A stretch of 64,000 nucleotides of DNA. Origin: Obrimoposthia wandeli (Eukaryota). Positions 31,615 to 43,113 of the stretch are shown here, one piece after another. Both the position numbers and the translations under genes were made by a program. Each line of letters starts with the position of its first letter. Within the stretch, counting starts at the first letter, position 1. The stretch covers positions 1,488,001-1,552,000 of the forward strand of contig CDROCS010000506.1 in assembly GCA_977020255.1 (NCBI GenBank), in the 5' to 3' direction. The notes under the pieces were generated by a model. That model ran no database searches and was not told the DNA's origin. It saw nothing but the letters and a program-made list of their open reading frames with translations.

Positions 31615-31837
31615 CGTGCTTCCTGAACCGTTAAGGTTAAATTCTTATCTGAATCAGAATTCTACCAAGCTTTACGTATAAATGATTGCTTTGTGCAATG
31701 AAAATTACAGTAAATTTATGCTTAGAAGTACAGATAACGTCTAGTCAACAGACTATTAAGGCAGTAGAATACGCGATCTTCTGTGTGTTCTCACACAACC
31801 CGAATATAGCAATAAATAATAAAGAGCAACGTGGATA

Positions 31838-33265
31838 ATGAGTAAAAAACTGCACATTAAAACCTGGGGCTGCCAGATGAACGAATACGATTCATCAAAA
31901 ATGGCAGATTTGTTAAATGCCGAAAATGGTTTTGAACTGACTGACAACCCAGAGGAAGCGGATGTTCTTTTATTAAACACCTGTTCTATCCGAGAAAAAG
32001 CACAAGAAAAAGTATTCCATCAACTTGGTCGTTGGAAAAAGCTGAAAAAACGCAATCCAAAATTAGTGATTGGTGTTGGCGGCTGCGTAGCATCACAAGA
32101 AGGTGCTGAGATTCAAAAACGCGCACCGATTGTAAACTTGGTATTTGGTCCACAGACTTTACACCGTTTACCAGAAATGATCGTCGATGCTCAAGCCGGT
32201 AAAAAAGGCTTAGTTGATGTTAGTTTCCCTGAAATCGAAAAGTTTGACCGTTTACCAGAGCCACGTGCCGAAGGTGTATCAGCATTCGTTTCTATCATGG
32301 AAGGCTGTTCAAAATATTGTACGTTCTGCGTAGTACCATATACACGTGGCGAAGAAGTAAGTCGTCCACTGGATGATATTCTATATGAAATTGCTCAATT
32401 AGCAGAGCAAGGCGTACGTGAAGTTAACTTACTTGGTCAGAATGCCAATGCATACCGTGGCGAAATGCACGACAATGATATGTGTTCATTTGCAGACCTA
32501 TTGCGTTATGTTGCTGCAATTGATGGTATTGACCGTATTCGTTATACCACCAGTCACCCGATTGAATTCACTAGCGATATCGTTGAAGTATATCAAGATA
32601 CGCCGGAAGTAGTGTCACACTTACATCTACCAGTTCAGTCAGGTTCAGATCGCATCTTAACCTTGATGAAACGTGCGCATACTGCCATTGAATATAAATC
32701 ATTGATCCGTAAACTGCGTAAAGCACGTCCAGGTCTAGTGATGAGTTCAGACTTCATTATTGGTTTCCCAGGTGAAAGCAAGCAAGACTTCGCTGATACC
32801 ATGAAACTGATTGAAGACATCGAATACGATATCAGCTTCAGCTTTATCTACAGTGCACGTCCTGGTACGCCAGCTGCAGATTTACCTGATGATGTATCAT
32901 TAGAAGAAAAGAAAGAACGTTTGAAAATTCTACAAACGCGTATTAGCCAAATGTCACAAAAAATTGGTCGTGACATGGTTAACACAACACAACGTATTTT
33001 AGTTGAAGGTCCATCGAAGAAAAATATCATGGAACTGACTGGCCGTACTGAAAACAACCGTGTGGTTAACTTCGAAGGTTCTCCAGACCTTATTGGTACG
33101 TTTGTTGATGTCGACATTGTTGATGTATTCCCTAACTCTATCCGTGGTGTATTCCTCCGCGGTGAAGATGAAATGGGTCTACGTAGTGACACTAAACCAA
33201 GCGAGATCTTGGCACGTGCTACCAATCAACCAAATGAGCTAGGTGTTGCCAAGTTCAACCCATAA
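31838..33265 (+). CDS. miaB: tRNA-2-methylthio-N6-dimethylallyladenosine synthase
   Basis: [20 protein letters not shown], radical-SAM [10 protein letters not shown]-terminal TRAM domain. Confidence 0.99.
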   Translation: MSKKLHIKTWGCQMNEYDSSKMADLLNAENGFELTDNPEEADVLLLNTCSIREKAQEKVFHQLGRWKKLKKRNPKLVIGVGGCVASQEGAEIQKRAPIVNLVFGPQTLHRLPEMIVDAQAGKKGLVDVSFPEIEKFDRLPEPRAEGVSAFVSIMEGCSKYCTFCVVPYTRGEEVSRPLDDILYEIAQLAEQGVREVNLLGQNANAYRGEMHDNDMCSFADLLRYVAAIDGIDRIRYTTSHPIEFTSDIVEVYQDTPEVVSHLHLPVQSGSDRILTLMKRAHTAIEYKSLIRKLRKARPGLVMSSDFIIGFPGESKQDFADTMKLIEDIEYDISFSFIYSARPGTPAADLPDDVSLEEKKERLKILQTRISQMSQKIGRDMVNTTQRILVEGPSKKNIMELTGRTENNRVVNFEGSPDLIGTFVDVDIVDVFPNSIRGVFLRGEDEMGLRSDTKPSEILARATNQPNELGVAKFNP

Positions 33266-33295
33266 GAGCTAGACTTGAGCCATTAATGATCGTTA

Positions 33296-34324
33296 ATGGC
33301 TCTGCCTAATGAGACTATTTTGAATAAAAATACGACAACGCTCGATATATTTTTAGAACCAGCCGACAGCGCCAGACTCGCACATTTGTGTGGCCCGTTT
33401 GATGACAACCTTAAACAACTAGAACGTCGTTTAGAAGTTGAAATTACGTATCAAAATAATCAATTCCACATAACCGGTAACCCAGTTAATGCCCATTGCT
33501 GCATGGATATTCTGCGTGAGCTTTATGTCGAAACTCAGCCTGTTAAAGGCCAAGTAACCGACATTGAACCAGAAAAAATTCATTTAGCCATACAAGCATG
33601 TAAATTAGTCAAACCGGAACCTATTGCCAAAGAAGCCAGCTTTAATACAGTGATTAAAACCAAACGCGGTATAATAAAACCCCGTGGTGACAATCAGGCC
33701 AATTACATTGCCAATATTTTAACGCATGATATAACCTTTGGCGTTGGTCCAGCTGGTACAGGTAAAACGTATTTAGCCGTAGCGGCTGCCGTTGATGCAT
33801 TAGAGCGTCAAGTGGTTCGCCGTATATTACTGACTCGTCCGGCCGTTGAAGCAGGAGAGAAGTTAGGTTTTCTACCCGGTGACTTAAGTCAGAAAGTAGA
33901 CCCTTATTTACGCCCATTATATGACGCGTTATTTGAGATGTTAGGATTTGAAAAAGTGGAACGTTTAATAGAGCGTAATGTCATAGAAATAGCCCCGCTT
34001 GCTTATATGCGTGGACGCACATTAAACGATGCATTTATTATTTTAGATGAAAGCCAGAACACCACCATTGAACAAATGAAAATGTTTTTAACCCGGATTG
34101 GCTTTAACTCCAAAGCGGTGATCACTGGCGATATTACTCAAGTCGACTTACCAAAGCACATAACATCAGGCTTACGCCATGCCATTGATGTCCTTGAGCC
34201 AGTAAAAGACATTAGTTTTAACGTTTTCATATCCAATGATATTGTTCGCCACCCTCTTGTTGCAAAAATTGTTGATGCCTATGAAGAATTTGAACATGGC
34301 ATTACCCGTAAGGATAAAGATTAA
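33296..34324 (+). CDS. ybeZ: PhoH-like ATPase YbeZ
   Basis: [40 protein letters not shown] motifs; true start may be TTG 33320. Confidence 0.96.
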   Translation: MALPNETILNKNTTTLDIFLEPADSARLAHLCGPFDDNLKQLERRLEVEITYQNNQFHITGNPVNAHCCMDILRELYVETQPVKGQVTDIEPEKIHLAIQACKLVKPEPIAKEASFNTVIKTKRGIIKPRGDNQANYIANILTHDITFGVGPAGTGKTYLAVAAAVDALERQVVRRILLTRPAVEAGEKLGFLPGDLSQKVDPYLRPLYDALFEMLGFEKVERLIERNVIEIAPLAYMRGRTLNDAFIILDESQNTTIEQMKMFLTRIGFNSKAVITGDITQVDLPKHITSGLRHAIDVLEPVKDISFNVFISNDIVRHPLVAKIVDAYEEFEHGITRKDKD

Positions 34325-34785
34325 TGACGACCACACTCGATTTACAAATTGCGACTGAAGATGAACAGCACTTACCAACAGAACAGCAATTTACAACTTG
34401 GCTAGACGCGGCAGTAAAACTGTTTCAAGAAAGTGCAGAAGTTACTATTCGTATTGTTGATAACGCAGAAAGCCAACAATTAAATAGCGATTACCGTGGC
34501 AAAGACAAACCAACTAACGTACTGTCGTTTCCATTCGAAGTACCAGAAGGCATTGAATTAGATCTACTTGGTGATTTAATCATATGCAAACAAGTAGTTG
34601 AACGTGAGGCGATTGAGCAACAAAAGCCACTAACCGCACATTGGGCGCACATGGTTATTCATGGAACTTTACATTTACTCGGCTATGATCATATTATCGA
34701 TGAAGAAGCTGACGAGATGGAAGCTTTAGAAACCGAAATTATGCTAAAACTCGAATTTGAAGACCCCTATATTGCTGAAAAGTAA
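34324..34785 (+). CDS. ybeY: rRNA maturation endoribonuclease YbeY
   Basis: [13 protein letters not shown] and [11 protein letters not shown] motifs. Confidence 0.98.
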   Translation: MTTTLDLQIATEDEQHLPTEQQFTTWLDAAVKLFQESAEVTIRIVDNAESQQLNSDYRGKDKPTNVLSFPFEVPEGIELDLLGDLIICKQVVEREAIEQQKPLTAHWAHMVIHGTLHLLGYDHIIDEEADEMEALETEIMLKLEFEDPYIAEK

Positions 34786-34827
34786 TATTAATATCATTAA
34801 CTTTACTTAACTTAGGTACAACAAACT

Positions 34828-35712
34828 ATGAACGACGACAAACCTCACTCGACAAACGGTTCATCAAAAAAAGGGTTTTTTGAGAAATTTTCTCAACTAT
34901 TCCAAGGTGAGCCGAGAAACAGAGAAGAGCTTGTAGGAGTTATCCAGGACGCAGAAAATCGCGAACTGATCGATCAAGACACCAAAGATATGATTGAAGG
35001 TGTGCTTGAAGTCTCGGGACTCAAAGTACGCGATATTATGATCCCACGCTCACAGATGATTACCATCGACAAGAGCCAAGGGGTAGACGAATTTTTGCCT
35101 ATCATGATTGACTCTGCGCACTCGCGCTTTCCAGTCGTCAATGAAGATAAAGATCATATCGAGGGGATCTTGTTAGCCAAAGATCTGCTTAAATTTGTGT
35201 TTGCTGGTGAATCGGATAGTTTTGAATTGTCATCAATTCTCCGCCCAGCCGTTGTTGTACCAGAAAGTAAACGTGTTGATAAACTCCTCAAAGAGTTTCG
35301 TTCTAAACGCTATCATATGGCCGTTGTGGTTGATGAATTTGGTGGCGTATCAGGCCTTGTTACCATTGAAGATATTCTTGAAGAAATCGTTGGTGATATT
35401 GAAGACGAATTTGATGAAGATGAATCAGCACAAGAAGACATTCGTCGTATTAATAAAAGCGTATTTTCAGTACAAGCATTAACTCCGGTTGATGACTTTA
35501 ATGATTACTTCTCATCGAACTTTAACGATGACGAAGTGGATACCATTGGCGGTATGATTGCCCATGCATTTGGTCATTTACCAGAGCAAGGTGAAACTAT
35601 CACTGTGGATGAATTCCAATTCAAAGTCATTTCTGCTGACCGCCGCCGTATCATTCAACTACAAGTGAAGGTACCGGAGTCACAGCAAGATCGCTTAGCT
35701 GAATCCGCTTAA
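34828..35712 (+). CDS. corC: CNNM-family Mg/Co transport protein CorC (YbeX)
   Basis: [50 protein letters not shown] pair + CorC_HlyC. Confidence 0.97.
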   Translation: MNDDKPHSTNGSSKKGFFEKFSQLFQGEPRNREELVGVIQDAENRELIDQDTKDMIEGVLEVSGLKVRDIMIPRSQMITIDKSQGVDEFLPIMIDSAHSRFPVVNEDKDHIEGILLAKDLLKFVFAGESDSFELSSILRPAVVVPESKRVDKLLKEFRSKRYHMAVVVDEFGGVSGLVTIEDILEEIVGDIEDEFDEDESAQEDIRRINKSVFSVQALTPVDDFNDYFSSNFNDDEVDTIGGMIAHAFGHLPEQGETITVDEFQFKVISADRRRIIQLQVKVPESQQDRLAESA

Positions 35713-35769
35713 CCGTCGCAGTGACAGGTTACTCCGCTTGTCGCTGTAAATAGCACAAAGGAATAACCT

Positions 35770-37314
35770 ATCAAATCACTGATCCAGAAAATAGGCGCGC
35801 CACTGACTGGCGCGCTTAGCGTTTTCGCTTTTGCACCTTTTGATTACAGCATTAGTTTATACGTTTCATTATTTTGCCTACTCTTTATTCTCGACAACAA
35901 ATCCGCTAAACATGCCGCTGGATATGGTTTTCTCTGGGGACTCGGTTTCTTTATTGCCGGTATTCATTGGGTCGCGGTCAGTATCCTCGATTTTGGTGGT
36001 TTACCAATCCCAGTAGCCGTCATTCTGGTGGTACTATTATGTGCTTACCTTGCTATATACCCTGCACTTTGTGCCTATCTACTTAATCGTTTTACTTCGC
36101 ACTCAGCGTTATTACGTTACTTTGTCGCATTTCCGGCTATCTGGTTAATTACAGATTGGTTACGCGGATGGGTTATGACCGGCTTTCCGTGGCTACAGTT
36201 TGGTTACAGCCAAATGGATACACCGCTCGTTAGCTTTGCGCCTATTCTAGGCGTTGAAGGTATCACATTCGCCGTCTGCTTGATTACGGCCAGTCTATAT
36301 TATGCTTATCGAGAACGTAAAGCCGTGGTGCCAGCCATCATCATTTCAGCTATCGCATTTTCAGCTATATCGCTGCAGGGACTAGAATGGACAACGCCAG
36401 AACCGAGTAAATCAATTGCTTTAGTACAAGGTAATACCAACCAGGATGAAAAGTGGTTACCAGAGAAGCGAACAGAGATCCTAAACGAATACTTAAAGCT
36501 CAGCTTAGACAATACCGATGCTGATATCATCATCTGGCCAGAATCTGCAATTCCGGCATTAGAATTTCAAGTAAAAAATTATTTGGATTACGTCGGTGAG
36601 ATAATGCGTCAGAGTGATACTACTCTTATCACCGGTATTATTAATTACCAGCGTGTTGGCAATGTTGATGAATACTACAATGCCGTGATAGTACTCGGTC
36701 AGCCAGAACAAGAAGCCAATCACTCACCAGTAAATGACCGTTATTATAAAAACAAGCTGTTACCCATTGGTGAATTTGTGCCATTTGAAGATCTGTTAAG
36801 ACCGATTGCACCGCTATTTAACTTACCCATGTCATCATTTCAACGTGGTGGTGAAGAACAGTTAAACCTAGCCGCTAGCAATATCCATATTGCCACTGCA
36901 ATTTGTTATGAAATAGCCTTCAATCAAACGCTAGTGAATACCGTCAAACCCGATACTGGCTTTATTTTAACCGTGAGTAACGATGCTTGGTTTGGTACTT
37001 CAATTGGTCCGAATCAGCACCTAGAAATAGCCAGAATGCGCGCATTTGAATTTCAGCGTCCAGTATTGCGTAGTACCAACACTGGTATTACGGCTGTATA
37101 TAATGCCCAAGGTAAAGAAGTCGGTCGTATACCACAATTCGAGAAAGCAGTATTACGTGTTGATGTAAAACCACACCAAGGCACTACACCGTTTAATCGC
37201 TATGGTAATACACCTTTGTTAATACTGGCATTCATGTTATTTACCTCGGTAATTGGACACTCTTTTTTCAGTAAAAAAGCCGTCGACAAAAATCAGCAGA
37301 AAAGCACAATATAA
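35770..37314 (+). CDS. lnt: Apolipoprotein N-acyltransferase; start inferred at ATC 35770
   Basis: Frame open from 35767 with Lnt N-terminal motifs (AFAPF, GIHWV.VSI.DFGG.P); GFPWL, WPE, KLLPIGE.VP, ICYE, SNDAWFG motifs downstream. 514 aa from 35770. Identity is high-confidence; the start position is less so. Confidence 0.9.
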   Translation: MKSLIQKIGAPLTGALSVFAFAPFDYSISLYVSLFCLLFILDNKSAKHAAGYGFLWGLGFFIAGIHWVAVSILDFGGLPIPVAVILVVLLCAYLAIYPALCAYLLNRFTSHSALLRYFVAFPAIWLITDWLRGWVMTGFPWLQFGYSQMDTPLVSFAPILGVEGITFAVCLITASLYYAYRERKAVVPAIIISAIAFSAISLQGLEWTTPEPSKSIALVQGNTNQDEKWLPEKRTEILNEYLKLSLDNTDADIIIWPESAIPALEFQVKNYLDYVGEIMRQSDTTLITGIINYQRVGNVDEYYNAVIVLGQPEQEANHSPVNDRYYKNKLLPIGEFVPFEDLLRPIAPLFNLPMSSFQRGGEEQLNLAASNIHIATAICYEIAFNQTLVNTVKPDTGFILTVSNDAWFGTSIGPNQHLEIARMRAFEFQRPVLRSTNTGITAVYNAQGKEVGRIPQFEKAVLRVDVKPHQGTTPFNRYGNTPLLILAFMLFTSVIGHSFFSKKAVDKNQQKSTI

Positions 37315-37358
37315 ATACCTGTAACCAAGCTCTGAAACCGTATAAAAAGTACTGAAAT

Positions 37359-37388
37359 AAAAATGGCACCTAATCAGGTGCCATTTTT
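37359..37388. terminator. Bidirectional terminator lnt / SirB2 gene
   Basis: AAAAATGGCACCT-AATC-AGGTGCCATTTTT. Confidence 0.88.
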
Positions 37389-37449
37389 CTGTTTAACTAT
37401 TTAACTACTTAACCATTTAACTATCGATATTAATCAAAACAACAAACGT

Positions 37450-37824
37450 CTAAATAAATAACGCCACTTTCGTTTTAGCAATATAAAAAATCATCACAAA
37501 AAACACCATAGTGACGCCAATACAGCACTGGCGCAGTTTTAAATTCATTTTAGGTTTAAAGGCCAACATCGCAAACCCAACATAAGCAAACAACAACACA
37601 AACTTCTCTGTCACCCAACCATCGATAAATGGATATTGATTAATCGTCACACACAAAGCCAACCCAGATAGAATAAGTACTACGTTAAGCACTTTATGGA
37701 TCTTAAATAAAATCACATTGTTAATGTATTCAGAGCCTTTAATCGCCCAAAATGTACGTAATGCAAAACTTAACAAGCTGATCAATAGTAATACTAGATG
37801 CGCTTTCAGTAATAATTGATACAT
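37450..37824 (-). CDS. Second SirB2/YchQ-family membrane protein
   Basis: MYQLLLKAHL..LLIS..SF.LR, QYPFIDGWVTEK motifs; start moved to Met30 of the track ORF. Confidence 0.82.
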   Translation of the reverse strand: MYQLLLKAHLVLLLISLLSFALRTFWAIKGSEYINNVILFKIHKVLNVVLILSGLALCVTINQYPFIDGWVTEKFVLLFAYVGFAMLAFKPKMNLKLRQCCIGVTMVFFVMIFYIAKTKVALFI

Positions 37825-38015
37825 GATAATTCCGTCAAAAGAATAGAAATAAGACTTATGATGATAACCAGCAATCAAAAATCTGTTTTGACCCAGATCA
37901 TGAGTTAACAATTAGATAACAATTTAGACCATATACTCTCGTCGTACAAATCGGTAAACTAGCGCAACTATATATAGCTAAACAAACACGACTATCTAGC
38001 CAAGAGAGATAAGCA

Positions 38016-38645
38016 ATGCAAGTTAAAGTCATTCCAGTTACGCCTTTTGAACAAAATTGCAGTCTATTAATCTGCCCTGAAACCAAGAAAGCAGCAATTG
38101 TTGATCCCGGTGGTGACATTGATAAGATTCTTAGCCAAGTAAAAAAACACGGTGTTGAAGTAGAAAAAATATTTCTAACCCATGGTCATATGGATCACGT
38201 TGGTGGCACTGAAGCACTTGCAGCTGTATTAAAGGTATCAATTGAAGGCCCACATATTGCCGACAAATTTTGGTTAGATCAGTTACCAATGCAAGGACAA
38301 ATGTTTGGTTTTCCACACGTACCACCATTTGAACCACAACGTTGGTTAGAACACGGCGATACTATTACATTTGGTAACCAGAAATTAACTGCACTCCACA
38401 CACCTGGACATACGCCTGGTCACGTAGTATTTAATCACGCAGAAACGAAACAAGTGATTGTCGGTGATGTGCTATTCAGTGGTTCGATTGGTCGTACTGA
38501 TTTTCCACAAGGCTGCTTTAATACCTTGATGACGGCGATCAAAGGCCAGTTATGGACATTACCAGAAGAAACCGTATTCTTCCCAGGTCATGGACCAACA
38601 TCGACTATCGGTCATGAAAAAAGAACCAATCCACACGTAAGATAA
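38016..38645 (+). CDS. MBL-fold metallo-hydrolase (YcbL/GloC type)
   Basis: PVTPFEQNCSL, LTHGHMDHVGG, HTPGHTPGH, GDVLF.GSIGRTDFP, PGHGP.STIGHE motifs. Confidence 0.92.
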   Translation: MQVKVIPVTPFEQNCSLLICPETKKAAIVDPGGDIDKILSQVKKHGVEVEKIFLTHGHMDHVGGTEALAAVLKVSIEGPHIADKFWLDQLPMQGQMFGFPHVPPFEPQRWLEHGDTITFGNQKLTALHTPGHTPGHVVFNHAETKQVIVGDVLFSGSIGRTDFPQGCFNTLMTAIKGQLWTLPEETVFFPGHGPTSTIGHEKRTNPHVR

Positions 38646-38693
38646 CGTGCGAATTCAGATAAGCTCAAATCAGTGTGATGATGAGTAGAATTT

Positions 38694-38732
38694 AAGCCCA
38701 AGTATATGCAAATATATCTTGGGCTTTTTTTT
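38694..38732 (+). terminator. Intrinsic terminator after MBL hydrolase
   Basis: AAGCCCAAG...CTTGGGCTT followed by a T-tract. Confidence 0.8.
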
Positions 38733-38781
38733 GATCATATTTTATTGCTGAGCTATTCATCTGGGTATTTATGAATGAGGA

Positions 38782-39420
38782 TTATTTAGCTTGTACTAGC
38801 TGGCAAGTATCACGGGCATTTTTCGCAATGGTATCCCAGTCATGATTGGCAATAGCAGACGTTGTAGCGATCCAACTACCACCGCAAGCGATAACCTGTG
38901 GGACAGCAAGGTAGTCCATAACATTTGATGGTTTAATACCACCGGTCGGCATCAATTTTATTTGGCTATATGGCCCAACTAATGCTTTCACCATGTTAAC
39001 TCCACCCGATGCTTCCGCAGGGAAGAATTTAACTACCTTGATACCAAGCTCTAACGCTTGTTCTATTTGACTCGGATTATTAATACCAGGGATGATTTTA
39101 ATGCCATTTTTAATACAATAGTTCACTGTTGTTGGATTAAATCCCGGGCTAATAATAAAATCAGCGCCCGCAGCAACCGCTTCATCAACTTGCGCTATGG
39201 TTAATACCGTTCCAGCGCATAAGATCACATCAGGAAACGCTGCACGGATACGACGAATTGACTCGCCAGCAGCGGCACTACGGAAAGTTATCTCAGCGGC
39301 TGGCAAACCATTATCAGATAATACTTCAACCAGTTTCACCGCATCGTCAGCATTTTCAATTTGGATCACAGGCATCACAGCCAATGTAGCTAGCTGATCG
39401 ATTAACGCATTATTTATCAT
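38782..39420 (-). CDS. eda: KDPG/KHG aldolase
   Basis: AEITFRS, AGTVLT, FIISPG, PGINNPS, KFFPAEASGG, MPTGGI motifs. Confidence 0.93.
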   Translation of the reverse strand: MINNALIDQLATLAVMPVIQIENADDAVKLVEVLSDNGLPAAEITFRSAAAGESIRRIRAAFPDVILCAGTVLTIAQVDEAVAAGADFIISPGFNPTTVNYCIKNGIKIIPGINNPSQIEQALELGIKVVKFFPAEASGGVNMVKALVGPYSQIKLMPTGGIKPSNVMDYLAVPQVIACGGSWIATTSAIANHDWDTIAKNARDTCQLVQAK

Positions 39421-39600
39421 TCCAATCCGAGTCCTTTTAATTGCATTATGAATAAATTAAGTTGGCTTTAATTAGCCATAGCTAATTCTATCACGAGCAA
39501 TATGAAGAGGTTGAGAAGAGGACTGAATTTCAGGCATAAAAAAAGCCTCTTTCTCTAATAAATAGTTTTCGATTTAGGCTTAATCTAATAGTTAGCAAAG

Positions 39601-39700
39601 GGAAAGTGGACGACTTCTTACAACTACAACTCGCGACCCTCGGTGTGACAGGCCGCATCTCTTTCTATAAAAAGTCTGGCCAACTGAACTACCGCTCTGC
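39601..39700 (-). pseudogene. Decayed tRNA-Asp (GTC) copy
   Basis: Three collinear blocks match the neighbouring intact tRNA-Asp (AGTGGACGA; AACTCGCGACCCyCGGyGTGACAGGCCG; CCAACTGAACTACCrCTCyGC), separated by insertions; T-loop, acceptor pairing and CCA are lost. Confidence 0.85.
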
Positions 39701-39734
39701 ACTGTCTGTGTTTCTTATTCCTAAATTTTAGGCA

Positions 39735-39768
39735 TAAAAAAACCTGAATCAATGATTCAGGTTTTTTT
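39735..39768 (-). terminator. Terminator of the rRNA/tRNA-Asp transcript
   Basis: A7-CCTGAATC-AAT-GATTCAGG-T7 symmetric hairpin. Confidence 0.9.
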
Positions 39769-39774
39769 ATTAGT

Positions 39775-39851
39775 TGGCGGAGTGGACGAGACTCGAACTC
39801 GCGACCCCCGGCGTGACAGGCCGGTATTCTAACCAACTGAACTACCACTCC
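39775..39851 (-). tRNA. tRNA-Asp (GTC)
   Basis: 77 nt, GGAGTGG/CCACTCC acceptor stem, CCGGC-CTGTCAC-GCCGG anticodon arm, encoded CCA. Confidence 0.96.
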
Positions 39852-39962
39852 GCACAATCTGTGCTGATATAATATCAGTCTATTCTTTATACAAGGTTTA
39901 CACCTTGATTGTAGTCTTTCGACTACTTCTCACCCAAGGCTTAGCCTTGAATTAAAAGTGGC

Positions 39963-40080
39963 GCTTGGCGATGCCCTACTCTCACATGGGGAAGCCCCAC
40001 ACTACCATCGGCGTTATTACGTTTCACTACTGAGTTCGGAATGGAATCAGGTGGTACCGCAACACTATGGTCACCAAGCA
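39963..40080 (-). rRNA. rrf: 5S rRNA (downstream operon)
   Basis: CCGAACTCAG.AGTGAAAC and GATGGTAGTGTGGGG motifs. Confidence 0.95.
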
Positions 40081-40215
40081 AATCTGGTTTGCTTTCTATA
40101 GAAGTTTTCACTTCGTTTTAATCTGAAAAGCTATAAATAAAGAAGTCTTTAAAACGTAAAGTGTTCAATTCTATTCTTAAGTCGATATTTCAATTAATCA
40201 TACTTTAATTTGTAT

Positions 40216-40350
40216 GGTTAAGCCTCACGGGTAATTAGTACAAGTTAGCTCAATGCCTCACAGCACTTACACACCTTGCCTATCAACGTTGTAGTCTCCA
40301 ACGGCCCTTTAGGGAGCTTAAAGCTCCAGTGAGAACTCATCTCGAGGCCT

Positions 40351-40381
<31 letters not shown>

Positions 40382-40550
40382 AGTTCCGAACTTAGCTACC
40401 GGGCAATGCTATTGGCATAACAACCCGAACACCAGTGGTTCGTCCACTCCGGTCCTCTCGTACTAGGAGCAGCTCCTCTCAATTCTCAAACGCCCACGGC
40501 AGATAGGGACCGAACTGTCTCACGACGTTCTAAACCCAGCTCGCGTACCA

Positions 40551-40583
<33 letters not shown>

Positions 40584-40585
40584 AA

Positions 40586-40628
<43 letters not shown>

Positions 40629-40657
40629 ACCGCCGTCGATATGAACTCTTGGGCGGT

Positions 40658-40713
<56 letters not shown>

Positions 40714-40834
40714 AGAACCACCGGATCACTAAGACCTACTTTCGTACCTGCTCGACGTGTCTGTCTCGCAGTTAAGCTGGCTTATGCCTTTGCACTAACC
40801 ACATGATGTCCAACCATGTTTAGCCAACCTTCGT

Positions 40835-40877
<43 letters not shown>

Positions 40878-41135
40878 ACCCACCAGACACTGTCCGCAAC
40901 CCCGATAAGGGGCCTACGTTAGAACATCAAACGTACAAGGGTGGTATTTCAAGGTAGACTCCACATCATCTAGCGACAATGTTTCACAGTCTCCCACCTA
41001 TCCTACACATGTAGGTTCAATGTTCAGTGCCAAGCTATAGTAAAGGTTCACGGGGTCTTTCCGTCTAGCCGCGGGTACACTGCATCTTAACAGCGATTTC
41101 AATTTCACTGAGTCTCGGGTGGAGACAGCGTGGCC

Positions 41136-41233
<98 letters not shown>

Positions 41234-43113
41234 CATGAGCTTCGACCTAAGTCTAACCCAATCAATTAACCTTCCGGCACCGGGCAGGCGTCACACCGTA
41301 TACGTCATCTTTCGATTTTGCACAGTGCTGTGTTTTTAATAAACAGTTGCAGCCACCATTTCTCTGCGACCAACAATAGCTTACGGAGCAAGTCCTTCAC
41401 CATCATTGGCGTACCTTCTCCCGAAGTTACGGTACCATTTTGCCTAGTTCCTTCACCCGAGTTCTCTCAAGCGCCTTAGTATTCTCTACCTAACCACCTG
41501 TGTCGGTTTGGGGTACGATTCTCTCATATCTGAAGCTTAGAGGTTTTTCCTGGAAGCCGGGTATCAACTACTTCATCTCCGTAGAGACTCGTCATCAGTT
41601 CTCAGCATTCTCATTAAAGAGAGCGACCCGGATTTGCCTAAGTCACTTGCCTACTACCTTAAACATGGACAACCATCGCCATGCTAGCCTAACCTTCTCC
41701 GTCACCCCATCGCAATATAAGCGAGTACTGGAATATTAACCAGTTTCCCATCGACTACGCCTTTCGGCCTCGCCTTAGGAGTCGACTCACCCTGCCCCGA
41801 TTAACGTTGGACAGGAACCCTTGGTCTTTCGGCGTGGAGGTTTTTCACCCCCATTATCGTTACTCATGTCAACATTCGCACTTCTGATACCTCCAGCAAG
41901 CTTCTCAACTCACCTTCAACGGCTTACAGAACGCTCCTCTACCATGCAAGAACAAGTCTTTGCATCCGTAGCTTCGGTGGTATGTTTAGCCCCGTTAAAT
42001 CTTCCGCGCAGACCGACTCGACCAGTGAGCTATTACGCTTTCTTTAAAAGATGGCTGCTTCTAAGCCAACTTCCTGGCTGTCTGAGCCTTTCCACATCGT
42101 TTCCCACTTAACATACACTTTGGGACCTTAGCTGACGGTCTGGGTTGTTTCCCTTTCCACGACGGACGTTAGCACCCGCCGTGTGTCTCCCGCGATTGAA
42201 CTTATTGGTATTCGGAGTTTGCAAAGGGTTGGTAAGTCGGGATGACCCCTAGCCTTAACAGTGCTCTACCCCCAATAGTTAGACGCGAGGCGCTACCTAA
42301 ATAGCTTTCGAGGAGAACCAGCTATCTCCCGGTTTGATTGGCCTTTCACCCCAGCCACAAGTCATCCGCTAATTTTTCAACATTAGTCGGTTCGGTCCTC
42401 CAGTTGATGTTACTCAACCTTCAACCTGCCCATGGCTAGATCACCGGGTTTCGGGTCTAATCCCAGCAACTATTCGCGCAGTTAACACTCGGTTTCCCTA
42501 CGGCTCCGCTATTCGCTTAACCTTGCTACTGAAATTAAGTCGTTGACCCATTATACAAAAGGTACGCAGTCACAGAACAAGTCTGCTCCCACTGCTTGTA
42601 CGTATACGGTTTCAGGTTCTATTTCACTCCCCTCACAGGGGTTCTTTTCGCCTTTCCCTCACGGTACTGGTTCACTATCGGTCAGTCAGTAGTATTTAGC
42701 CTTGGAAGATGGTCCTCCCATATTCAAACAGCATATCACGTGTGCCGTCCTACTCGATTTCACAGTAAGGTCGTTTTCATGTACGGGACTATCACCCTGT
42801 ATCGTGAAACTTTCCAGATTCTTCCATTAACTTCCAAACTGCTTAAGGGCTAGACCCCGTTCGCTCGCCGCTACTAAGGGTATCTCTATTGATTTCTTTT
42901 CCTCGGGGTACTTAGATGTTTCAGTTCTCCCGGTTCGCTTCGTTAAGCTATGTATTCACTTAACGATACCTTACTTAGTAAGGTGGGTTCCCCCATTCGG
43001 AAATCTGTGGATTAACGCTTTTTATCAACTCCCCACAGCTTAACGCAGATTAACACGTCCTTCATCGCCTCTGACTGCCTAGGCATCCACCGTATACGCT
43101 TAGTCACTTAACC
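40216..43113 (-). rRNA. rrl: 23S rRNA (downstream operon)
   Basis: Starts GGTTAAGTGACTAAGCG, ends GTGAGGCTTAACC; conserved peptidyl-transferase sequences. Confidence 0.97.

Noticed and set aside
39624-39857. 77-aa minus-strand ORF
   Set aside because: It is the translation of tRNA-Asp, its terminator and the pseudogene.
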